Assembly: GCA_951406725.2 (NCBI GenBank) | Contig: OX597817.1 | Location: 44,020,001-44,084,000 of the forward strand | DNA: 64,000 bases | Source: Octopus vulgaris | Lineage: Eukaryota | Reading direction: 5' to 3' | Shown: piece after piece, positions 29,972 to 41,774 of the stretch | How the letters are laid out: each line of letters begins with the position of its first letter | Numbering within the stretch: position 1 is the stretch's first letter | Notes under the pieces: model-generated | Database searches by the model: none | What the model was told of the DNA's origin: nothing | The model's input: only the letters and a program-made list of their open reading frames with translations | Translations under genes and position numbers: made by a program

Positions 29972-30177
29972 CACGCCGGGTGAAATGCGTAGCCGTATTT
30001 CGTCTGCCGTTACGTTCTGAGTTCAAATTCCGCCGAGGTCGACTTTGCCTCTCATCCTTTCGGGAGTCGATTAAATAAGTACCAGTTACGCACTGGGGTC
30101 GACGTAATCGACTTAATCCGTTTGTCTATTCTTATTTGTCTCCTCTGTGCTTAGCCCCTTGTGGGCAATAAAGAAAT
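29972..30177 (+). mobile_element. Young tRNA-derived SINE with CpGs intact; same family at 32352-32545, 37740-37950, 39292-39525, 39891-40112 and 42605-42733
   Basis: B-box-like gagttcaaattcc; central domain gcct(c/t)tcatcctttcggg(a/g)gtcga. Confidence 0.85.
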
Positions 30178-30241
30178 ATAACATTTTAAAACCAGTCGTA
30201 TTAAAATCACTACGGTTCGTGTAATCACCATCGAAAGTTGA

Positions 30242-30366
30242 TGAGTTCGAAATAAATATTAGGTTTTAAAAATGTCTTCTCAAATATCCCATGTTAAAAT
30301 GACGACAGCAAAAGTCTAGTATATTATATATATATACATAATATATATATATATAAATATAAATAT

Positions 30367-30450
<84 letters not shown>

Positions 30451-30567
30451 TTTGAAATAAATATTAGGTTTTAAAAATGTCTTCTCAAATATCCCATGTT
30501 AAAATGACGACAGCAAAAGTCTAGTATATTATATATATATACATAATATATATATATATAAATATAA

Positions 30568-30651
<84 letters not shown>

Positions 30652-30743
30652 TTTGAAATAAATATTAGGTTTTAAAAATGTCTTCTCAAATATCCCATGT
30701 TAAAATGACGATAGCAAAAGTCTAGTATATTATATATATATAC

Positions 30744-30816
<73 letters not shown>
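30242..30816 (+). repeat. Three near-identical ~200-bp units, each ending in (TA)n
   Basis: tgagtt(c/t)gaaataaatattaggttttaaaaatgtcttctcaaatatcccatg at about 30242, 30447 and 30648. Confidence 0.92.
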
Positions 30817-30824
<8 letters not shown>

Positions 30825-31239
30825 CGATAGACCATGATATAATGTAAGACCTCATGGCAATACCCAGGAATATATATTTGATATTTGGTTTACTTTTCTC
30901 AGAAGAAAGAAATGTTAAAAACATGAGTATTTACAAAAATGAATACAAAGCAAGAAAACCAAATCGACAAATACGACTAAAATGTAAACTCACCATTTCG
31001 TATATTTGTTAAAGTTACGGCATTAGACAGACTTACTGTATGAAAAATGTCAGAAGAACTTAGTGCTTTAAATAAGAGAGAGAAAGAAACTAACTGTATT
31101 GATATGCCGTCATTTTTGTTTTGTGGAAACGTTGGTAAATTTTTAGTGAAATAAATCAAAGTTAAAGAGACTGGACAAGACATTTTAGCTGAGCCGTTTT
31201 AAAATTGGTGAAAGGTGAGCAGCATTAGCGTCTTTTCAT

Positions 31240-31315
31240 GTCGGAGAGATTGCGTGTAGCAGACGATAGAATTTCGCCGATGCGCATGCGTAGAATTAGG
31301 AACGGCGTTTCTTTA
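31240..31315. promoter_or_regulatory. CpG-rich block with NRF1-like motif TGCGCATGCGTA; also at 29259-29270 and 31881-31892
   Basis: The motif resembles the NRF1/EWG consensus YGCGCAYGCGCR; the block is well preserved across three copies; function inferred only. Confidence 0.45.
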
Positions 31316-31391
31316 GGATTAGAACTGATGGTGATTGACAAGAGATATGATCAGGAATGGTTATTATCTAGCCCTAGGTCAGCTGTAATCG

Positions 31392-31485
<94 letters not shown>

Positions 31486-32866
31486 TACACACACATGCAG
31501 TCACTCACACACACACACGCACACAAACACACACACACATAGATTGTGTCACAAACGTTTGTTTTCTATGCATAGTCTCTTGATCTGCTAGAAATAGTAG
31601 CGAAATGTTCCTGAAATCACTCCCCCTAAAACTACGCATTGGATAGCATAATCACCCATACACAAAGGGTGAAAAATTAAAAAAATAATAATAAATGGTT
31701 TGGCTACGGCTGGAATACCTTCAATCATAGATCTGTTGAATCAAGACTGATTCAGTTAGTGAATACGACATTAAACGGGACGAACGTTTAATTTTTAAAA
31801 AATATTTTCCTATCGAAATAAAATTTGAGTGACAGCGAATTTACTGAAATTGTGTGTAGCAGACGATAGAATTTCGCCGATGCGCATGCGTAGAATTAGG
31901 AACGGCGTTTCTTTAGAAACAGTAGGATTGATGTTGTTTAGCCCTAGGACAGCCCCAATTGAACAAAATAAACCTATGACCTATACGTGTTATGACAAAC
32001 GAATCTGTCCTTTAGTTCTTTTAAATAGATATACTAATGATTTATCAATAGAACATCAGCATCTTAGAGTTAATTCATTTTCTTTCGCTAGGAAAATACA
32101 TAGAACTTAAAATATTTCCTGTTAATGTTGATTATACACTAGCTAAATCAATCTTGATTCTACAGATTAGCGACAAAAAAATTCAAGCTGTGACCAGCCT
32201 AACTCTCATTCCTAATTTTCAAAAATAATGTATTGTTGGTTATATTATCCAACGTGTCCTTCAGTTTTCTATAAGATAAGAGGGAGTGATTTCAGGAACA
32301 TTTCGCTGCTATTTCTAGCAGATAAAGCAACTGCGTATAGGATCTTTCGGTTTGCTTAGCGGTATTTCGTCTGCCCCTACGTTCCGAGTTCAAATTTCGC
32401 CGAGGTCGACTTTGCCTTTCATCTTTTCGGGGTCGATTAAATAAGTACCAGTTACGCCTTGGGGTCGATGTAATCGACTTAATCCGTTTGCCTGTCCTTA
32501 TTTGTCCCCTCTGTGTTTAGCCCCTTGTGGGCAGTAAAGAAATAGGTTTGTTTGTCACACACACGTACTCACACAGGCACGCACATGATATGAAGCCGCC
32601 TGTTGAAACTGTGCATCAATTGCATTATTGAAGGGCTATTTTGATTATCTAAAAATACATAAATTCACGGTTCATTTACTTCTTTTATCATTTGTTTGTT
32701 TCATTCATTCAACTGTTATCATAATGGGGAATCGCCTTGAAGGGTTTAGTTAAACAATTTGCCTCCAGGCTTATTTTTAAGTCTGGCACATATCGTGCCA
32801 GTCTTTTTGCTGAATAACTATGTTACAGATATGTTACTCAGGTTGTCAAGCGGTGATGGAAGACAA

Positions 32867-32899
<33 letters not shown>

Positions 32900-32944
32900 C
32901 ACACACACACATACATACATTGCAGCTGTGGTTAAGCAAACCAT

Positions 32945-33293
32945 CCACTTGTGGTCGTTGCCAGCGCCGCCCCGACTGGCCTCCATGCCGGTGGCACATA
33001 AAAGCACCATCCGTTCGTGTCCGTTACCAGCCTTGCTTGGCCCCCGTGCCGGTGGCACGTAAAAGCACCATCCGTTCGTGGCCGTTTGCCAGCTCCATCT
33101 GGCACCTGTGCAGGTGGCACGTAAAAAGCACCCACTACACTCGCGGAGTGGTTGGCGTTAGGAAGGGCATCCAGCCGTAGAAACACTGCCAGATCAGACT
33201 GGGTCTGATGCAGCCTTCTGGCTTCACAGACCCCAGTTGAACCGTCCAACCATGCTAGCATGGAAATCGGACGCTAAATGATGATGATGATGA
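32945..33293 (+). mobile_element. RTE-type LINE 3' end with internal tandem repeats and (ATG)n tail
   Basis: Three copies of ggtggcac(a/g)taaaa(a)gcacc; ends ggacgctaaatgatgatgatgatgat. Confidence 0.75.
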
Positions 33294-33859
33294 TATATAT
33301 ACACACATACATATACATACACATACATATATACACACATACATATATATATCGCTATGGTCTTACCACTAAGTGCTAAGACCATAGCGGATCTATTTCT
33401 AGCATAAGGGAGTCCACATAGTGGTTTCCCTCTAATATGTATTTAATGCAATTTTACTGAACCTTCAGTTTTTTTATATGCTAGACCACTGGTGTGAAAT
33501 CGATGTTAATTAAATTAATATCTAATTTCTCGCCCTCATTTTAAATTTATATATATGTAAGAAAGCGGATTTGAAAATGCAGAGCTCTTTTAAAAATGCT
33601 TATTGACTTGACCGGTTTCACTTTTTTAAAAAAAGATTTTCAAAAGTAAGATGTAAAGGCTTTGTGTAGCCTTTGTTGTGTTAAAAACTGGTAATCATAG
33701 ATGTATTAAATATGATTTCTGTATATATGCTTCTATACAATCATGACTTTTGATGAACTTATAAATAATTATGAATTTATTTTACTACCTATTTTGAACA
33801 CTTTTATGTAAACTGTTTAAACAAAAAGCCCTCTTAACATTTTCTTATCACTGTACTGG

Positions 33860-34795
33860 CACTGGCAAAAGAAATTCAGTGGTTTACATGAGGGGCAGAG
33901 GGAACAACTTTAGGATTGCCTTAATGGAGGAACAGTACCAGATTGGATGACTAGAGGGAGGACAATATGAAGGATAAGAACAAGTGTAATACAGCTAGCA
34001 GCTACTGACTAACCATTTGCTTACCATTAGTGTGGAAGCTGTTCACAGGAATGCTTTCAGAAAGCATTTATGAGCACCTTGACAACAAGAATTTACTACC
34101 AGAAGAACAGAAAGGTTGCAGGAAGAAGGCTAGAGGAACGCATGATCTATTATGTGTAGACAAAACAGTTCTAAATGAAATAAAAGCTAGAAAAAAAAAA
34201 TCTAATGATAGCATGGATATATTATAGGAAAGCCTACGACATGATCTCACACTCATGGATAAGTGAAAGTTTGAGTATATTCAGTATAGCAGACAACATA
34301 AGAGAATTAATTAGCTTTAGCATGAAAAAATGGAAAGTAGATCTATACTCAGTTTATATCGAAAGAGAAACTTTCCAGGGAGACTTGTTGTCCCCTTTAA
34401 TATGTTTGATCCCACTCAGTTTAGTATTAAGGAAGGCAAAGGCAGGATATCAGTTCAGAAATAGTAATGGAAAAATTAACAATTTGCTCTACATGGATGA
34501 TCTGAAGCTTTTAGTAAAAATGAATAAGAGATAGATTCCTTAATTCAGACTGTAAGACTCTTCAGCAAAGATAGAGGCATGGAATTTGGCATAGATAAGT
34601 GTGCAATATTAGTCATGAGAAAGGGACAGGTAGTTAACAGTGAAGGCATCCAATTACCAGATGGCCAGACAGTAAAATCATTGAAAGAAGGAGAGAGTTA
34701 GAAGTATCTAGGAGTATTAGAAAGTAAAAAATACAAGATGTGGGACTTTAACATTCAGACTGACAGAGTAATAGAAGCTAGAGGGCCGGTTACTT
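33860..34795 (+). pseudogene. R4/Dong-like non-LTR retrotransposon RT remnant, joined by internal deletion to an endonuclease fragment
   Basis: WKLFTGML..LLPEEQKGCRK..IAWIYYRKAYDMISHSWI..QGDLLSPL..NLLYMDDLKL, then WDFNIQTDRVIEAR; frameshifts present; (TAA)n tracts downstream. Confidence 0.85.
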
Positions 34796-35839
34796 GCTGT
34801 AACCTAATAGGAAGGTTCTTGGCATCTAAGGCTACTTGTAACCCAATGTTAGGATTCTTTTCTTTTCCAACAGTCTAATCTGTTGAGTGTAAAATAACAA
34901 CAACAACAACAATAATAATAATGATGATGATAATAATAATAATAATAATAATACTAAATGCCCTGATGCAGTACCAGGCAGTAGCTCTCATGGCTTCTGA
35001 TCTTAACTGATTGGAAGTGTTATCATGTACATTGTTTTGCCTTGGTATAAAAGATGGGCTACAGCAAATATTCTGCTCAATACCACAGATTTGCTTGTCA
35101 GTTGTTTGTGTACAATACTGTGCCCCAGCATGGCCACAGCTCATGAGCTGAAACTAGAATCAATCAATCATAATAATATTATAATAAATTCACAGCGTCC
35201 CCCAATCCACTGCCTTCATTTTCTCTACCACCCACACCGCCCCCTTTGGCACCAGCGCCCACCTGGACCGTCTCAACACCCACTGGGGAGCAGTGGTGCC
35301 CACTTTGAGAACCTATGCTCAAATACATTACAGTAGAAACGTATTTTTTCGAAAGTTAAAAGTTATGGCCAGTCATAGAATGACCATTGGTTTCACACCT
35401 ATAAAGCACTTAGCAGTAAAGGCAGCTCATTAGGCTGAAGGTGCATAACCATTTTACAGAAATTTCCATAGCCATCAACGTAAACATTCTCATTTATAAC
35501 ACCTGTATGTTCTGAAAATGTAATTTTCCCAAATGAAGTGCACTTCATATTCAAAGCTCTGATGAAGCTATAGAATTTTATCCTGGTACTCAACTAAGAG
35601 TTCAACACATCTTATAGCTGAAACAGCTGTAACCTAATGAAGTTCATTACGAAACATTTGTTTTTTTCAATATTATCTCTTTGTTTTCTATTACCATATT
35701 GTGTTCTGGACTGTACATATATTGAGTTCTACATCAAGTTATTAATCTCACTATACCTTAGCGAGATATCAATATAAGGAAAAACAGAAACTGAAGATGT
35801 AATTGATGAATAACGATTGATTTACATCAATTATCATTT

Positions 35840-36095
35840 ATTATTGAACATTTATGGTGCATTTTAGAAAAACAAGTAAGGAGTCGATATCCTCCACCAC
35901 CATCACTACAAGAACTGGAGACTGTTTTAGCTGAAGAATGGACAAAAATTCCTTTGGAAACAATTCAAATTTTGTATGAGTCCATACCTCATAGAATTCA
36001 AGCTGTAATTACTGCCAAAGGCTGTCCTACCCCATATTAAAGTAAATTTGTTTGAAATTTTAAGATGTTTCCATTATTTTGTCCTATCGCTGTAT
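35840..36095 (+). mobile_element. Tc1-like transposon 3' end
   Basis: IEHLWCILEKQVRSRYPPPPSLQELETVLAEEWTKIPLETIQILYESIPHRIQAVITAKGCPTPY*, followed by a TIR-like end gtttccattattttgtcc..ctgTA. Confidence 0.85.
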
Positions 36096-37163
36096 ATACA
36101 CTGCCCTACCAGTTCCCCTGTACACAGCTATGTCAGTATCTCTATGTACACCTATATCTGGTCGTACATCTGCAACCGACCGATCTACTTCTATGCAGCT
36201 CTGTCCACTGTCGAAGTCGTAAATGGACAACGATAAGTTTGACAACCCAAGAAATTAATTTAAGTCTTTTTGTGTGTTTAGATGGTTTACAACAAGGTCT
36301 TCCACGGTGTAATTTCATTAACATTTTGTGTCAGTATTTAACTGTTGATCTCTTGTTGGTGTTTTGCCATTTTATAGCTTCCACAAACTTTAGTGAAAAT
36401 TTCAAATTTGATTGTATAAATTTTACTGTTGTTTTTGATTCGAATTTTTGCTCATGACTGTATTTAACCACCGTGACGCATTCTGACTGAAATCTCATTT
36501 TTCATTACAGATCATAACCTCAAATGATTTAGGGTCCTTCTGAGAAGGAGTTCTTTCAACGAAAATATTGGTTTCCTTCATCCTCTGGCATATGACTTGT
36601 GAGTTAAAAGTCAAACTTTTAGCTAATGCTGGCTCATTGAAGTTATTTTTTTTTCCGATAAAAAAATTTTTTTTTATCGACGTCTTGATTTTGTATTTTA
36701 ACGTTATTCATTTCTTCTCAAGGATTGAAGAGTAGAACCTCCATAAAAATTTTATTCATAGTAATGTAGTTGGGGTGCAGTGAAATTATAATTCACCTTA
36801 CCTAAAAACCTGTTTCTGAGATGTAGGCTGATGCTGTCTTCATGCTTTATTATCTACTTGGGCTACTCATGTTGAAGTGTTTCATGTACTTTAAGGATAT
36901 CCTAGAGTTTCTTTTAGAGCTATAACAACTGTATGCATGTGGATAATGATTACCCGGTATGTCTTTTCAGTGTTATCATTTCCTTTCATTAATTTCCATC
37001 AATGTTATGTATAAAATTTAACATGGAAATGTTTTTTCTTTCTCCTGTCAAAAATGGTTTGTTCTTTAATGGTAGCTTGGAAAAGTAAGAAAAAAATTGT
37101 TAATGCGGTTTTAAATTATTTTTCAAGTTAGCTACATTTTAAAGTCCCCTCTGTCGGATCAGA

Positions 37164-37219
<56 letters not shown>

Positions 37220-37410
37220 TTGTATATATATTCTGGTACTTATAGCCCAATGTATAATTCAAAATATGAAAAGTTAGTTCTAGTCGATAAATTCGACATG
37301 GCGAGAATCAGAAACACAAACCGCAAACTGTCTAGGGACCAACTCACCTTTTTTAACTAAAAAAAATTTACCATCATTTTTCCATTTTTTTTATTTTTTG
37401 GAGAGTTTAC

Positions 37411-37444
<34 letters not shown>

Positions 37445-37604
37445 AAAAAAAACAAACCAAAAGACGAAGGCAGGTGGTGTACAAAACAAACAGATGTATT
37501 AGTATAACGCTCAGGAATAGAAAAAGTCTTTTACGTTTCGAGCCTACGCTCTTCTACAGAAAGGGACACAGAAAAAACAAGGAAAGAAAAAATGTGTGTA
37601 GTGG

Positions 37605-37681
<77 letters not shown>

Positions 37682-38199
37682 GATAGAAGTTGAGTAATGT
37701 TGTTTGTTGTGATATAAGCCTAGAGTTTCTTGTGGTGGAGAGTAGGAACAATCGTTAGTAAGCTGGGCAATGCTTAGCAGCATTTTGTCTGTCTTTACGT
37801 TCTGAGTTCAAATTCCGCCAAGGTCGACTTTGCCTTTCACCCCTTTCAGGATCGATAAAATAAGTACTAGTTGAGTACCGGGATCGATATAATCAATTAG
37901 GTCTCGCCCCACAAAAAAATTTAGGCTTTGTGCCGAGAGTAGAAAGAATACCTACGGTTTGTTTACATGTTTATCTCCCTTTTCTATAAAAGCATATGGA
38001 TTGTTTGAGTTCGAAAAAATCTATTAGTATCACAAGGGTTGGAGTAACTAGTTATCTGTTACTGTGGTTATTATTTGTCTTTCCGAAGAATGCTTGCAAT
38101 GTTGAAACGGTGTTAAGTAAACGGGAAGTATGTCGATAGGCAAATAGAATCTAGCGCTACGAGTTCTATTTTACAAGAAAATATTGTAGTCTTTCGAGG

Positions 38200-38570
38200 A
38201 TCGTGGTAAGTAGCTTGCTTACAAACCACATGGTTCCGGGTTCAGTCCCACTGCATGGCACTTTTGGCCTCGGACCGACCAAAGCCTTGTGAGTGGATTT
38301 TGCAGACGGAAAACTGAAAGGAGCCCGTCGTATATATGTATGTGTGTGTATATGTTTGTGTGTCTGTTTTTGTCCCCATCAACATCGCTTGACAACCGAT
38401 GCTGGTGTGTTTACGTCCCCGTAACTTAGCGGTTCGGCAAAAGAGACCGATAGAATAAATACTAGGCTTACAAAGAATAAGTCCTGGAGTCGATTTGCTC
38501 GACTAAAGGCGGTGCTCCAGCATGACCACAGTCACATGACTGAAACGAGTAAAAGAGTAAAAGAGAGTAT
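38200..38570 (+). mobile_element. SINE with CpGs intact (family of 21225)
   Basis: Colinear with 21225-21632. Confidence 0.85.
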
Positions 38571-40693
38571 CCAGAATTGCAGGTTATCAGCAAAATAGAC
38601 TGATCTCAGTCATAATAGTATTTCTCACTCTTATCAATTTGTAGTTGCTAAAAGGTCCTATGTCTTTAGGTTGATTAGATGTGGTCTACTTCATAATGAT
38701 ATTTTCTATTGGCTTTAATTTAGATGAAAGTCTAAAGCTAATTCGTAAATTCAAAGCATCAGTTGCTTTAAGTCCTTCAGCTGAAGATAAAGTCTGTCCT
38801 GCTCGTCCAGCGCTTATACAAAGGAAAAAGGAAATTAATACATTACAGCAGAAGAAAATAATAATCTCTATGCTTATATGTAAGTATTTAAAGAATGCAT
38901 CGCTCGTATTAAGGACATGTAAAAGGGTGGAGGCTTGCATATATGTACAAGTTATAAAGTACACCTAAATAATTGGAGAGAGGCATTTACGTATCAAATA
39001 CCGAATATGAAAACCATGATTACAATAGCAAGGCACCAAGTTTTTTTTTAATTGATATGTTGTGTACTTTATTGGCAATTGGAACTTGATGAACAGAGTG
39101 CATAGATTCGAACCCCAAACGCGAAAGTATCAGTTCATGATCACATGTAAGCCACAATCAGGTCATATGAGTCTCCCGTGAACAACTTAAAAATTGACCC
39201 ATCAACTTGAAATTATAATGTGAACATCTCGAATGTTTTTGAGATTCATGCCCCTCTTCCCTAGTTGAGCAATTTGGCGCATAAATCATACTTATTTCTT
39301 TACTACCCACAAGGGGCTAAACACAGAGGGGACGAACAAGGACAGACTAACGGATTAAGTCGATTACATCGACTCCAGTGCGTAACTAGTGCTTAATTTA
39401 ACGACCCCGAAAGGATGAAAGGCAAAGTAGACCTCGGCGGAATTTGAACTCAGAACGTAACAGCAGACGAAATACGGTTACGCATTTCGCCCGGCGTGCT
39501 AACGTTTCTGCCAGCTCGCCGCCTTTACGGATGCATAAATCATACTAAAACGGTGTTGGCATTCAAGCACCTAGATCTTCGCTTTTGCACAACAAACTAA
39601 GAAAACAACTTCAACGCCGGATTCGTATGTTTTGTCCTTCACCTTCCAGATAACAAATGACCGAACAGATGCAGTTAAATCAACTCCTACATTCTATTCT
39701 TGTAACCAGTAAGGGCTTGATGATTTATATATGTGTACATTGCCCAATCTTCTCTCAATAATATCTGTTAATAAACGTTCTCGAGTTTACTTTTGTTGTA
39801 ATATATGCAACCAGCCCGATCTTACGTTCGATTAATAACGATGCAACATCAGTCTTTCTCACAACAACTCGACTCCGCAAAAATGGTGACTCGAGCTGGC
39901 AGAAACGTTAGCACGCCGGGCGAAATGCTTAGCGTTATTTCGTCTGCTGTTATGTTCTGAGTTCAAATTCCGCCGAGGTTGACTTTGCCTTTCATCCTTT
40001 CGGGGTCGATAAATTAAGTACCAGTTACGCACTGGGTTGGATATAATTGACTTAATCCTTTTGTCTATCCTTGTTTGTCCCCTCTATGTTTAGCCCCTTG
40101 TGGGTAATATAGAAGGCATACGACGAGTGTGAGTAATTACTCATTTGTAAATTATATTATGTCCCATCCTCTGAATTCCATCTAAATAATAACGCGTTTA
40201 AAATACTATTTATTTCCCACGGCAGAAACATAATTTTTATAGATTTGTAACATCAAACAGAAACGTTGTAATACAGCGAACGGGGAAAGCATATACCTAA
40301 AACTAAACCTCACGAAGAGAAAGAATAAAGACAAAATGCGTAGGATGATGACAATAATAGACACAATGTTGTAATGAAACCTGAAAATGACTGACGTTGA
40401 TAGATCGATGACCGATGTCAAGAAATCAAAGTAAATCAACATGAATCTATATGTCTGTAAGCCCATCACGCAAAAAAGAAAAGAAAGAAAGAAAACGAGA
40501 AAGAAATACGAGGCCTATAAGAAGCGGCAGTGAACGAAGTTTCAAGGAGTTCCAGTGAAACTATTTCAGTGTCGGTGTTCGACGAAAATGTTGATTTCAT
40601 GAAACATATTTAAGTTTATCGCGGTGATCAGCTATTGTAGGGGAGACAATCCCTTCTAGATTGTGAAAGCGGGTTGGAAGTTTCAATTTTAAA

Positions 40694-41086
40694 TCTCTCT
40701 ATATATAAAGCTGAAATTGTCTGAGTATGGCGGGTTTAGTAGCCTTCAACTAACACAATCTCCTCCGAGACCCTGCGGCGCAAGTTGACCAAAATTGAGA
40801 GTATGATAGAAGAAAGCTTGCTCTTCCTTCCGTAGAAGAAAACATTCAAATCGGATCATGTTAACACCAAAAATTATTTACATCAAAAAGGTGCTTTTTT
40901 TCTATGAAAATCCCTATTTTTTTACGACTTTTTGACTGCTGTGTCGCCATTTTTCAATGTATTTCAACCAGAAAAATGTTCACTTAAAGAGAATAACAAG
41001 CTACATAATGCAAAAGTTTTACTTTTCAAAAATTCCAATTCTAATGGGTCGAAACAAACCCGAGCAACGCCGGGCGATACCACTAG
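40694..41086 (+). mobile_element. Non-autonomous Helitron-like element
   Basis: 5' a|TCtctctatatataaagctgaa; 3' GC hairpin cccgagcaacgccggg then CTAG|t. Confidence 0.7.
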
Positions 41087-41413
41087 TCAAAGAATAAAGA
41101 ATGCGCACGGAATATTTGATATTTTCTTCTTAAACATAATATTTTTCAGTCATTGGCGGCCATCGTGTAGCGCTGTCATCCTTGTTTGCAATCGTCAGTA
41201 CCGTATAATGCGAGGCAAACTAATTACGCTAGATTAAACATTTTACGAAGCTAGAGAATTCATATAGAGTGAAAATAGTTCACAGTTTAAAAGGCATTCA
41301 TGGAATGTTTATTTTGCGTTCTTTTTCATCGTCATAAATCATTAGTTCAGCAGTAGAAGAGAGTGAAATGAAAAATATTTAAAGTGCATTTATGAACATT
41401 TGTCGTTTTAAAT

Positions 41414-41696
41414 CAGTGTTGCTCAATCATATTTTGCCTCAATCATATTTTGCCCTTTGATTCTTATTTTGCTCAGGTGGACTCTCATAGCCATTTGATG
41501 TTTAAAAAATCCTATTAAACTTTTATAATTAAATGTTATTAGGAATAGTATAAAAAAAATTGTTAAAATATTTTGTGTATTCTAGAAGTATATATCAAAT
41601 TTATTGCGCATAAAGTTTAACAACAAAATCTGATATGGACCTTTAAGGGCCATATGGACCACCTAAAGCCATATGGATCCCAGTTGCGAAGCAATG
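41414..41696. mobile_element. hAT-like MITE
   Basis: Imperfect TIRs cagtgttgctcaa / ttgcgaagcaatg; near-identical 8-bp flanks ttttaaat / ttttaaaa. Confidence 0.55.
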
Positions 41697-41774
41697 TTTT
41701 AAAAAGTGAAAATGGCTACTCCACGATGTAATTACTTTAGTTTCAACACATGGCTTCAGATTAAAACGATTCCT

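Larger units (their letters stand above)
28003..31920. repeat. Diverged tandem duplication: unit A ~28003-29760, unit B ~29760-31825, partial unit C ~31825-31920
   Basis: tttgagtgacag(t/c)gaattt-type starts near 28006, 29761 and 31824; colinear blocks such as ctcagaagaaagaaatg (28873, 30898) and gaatacgacattaaacgggacgaacg (29691, 31761). Confidence 0.9.

Noticed and set aside
32945-33130. Spaced direct repeats resembling a CRISPR array
   Set aside because: Eukaryotic context; the spacers are mutually similar and the repeats belong to a LINE 3' region with an (ATG)n tail
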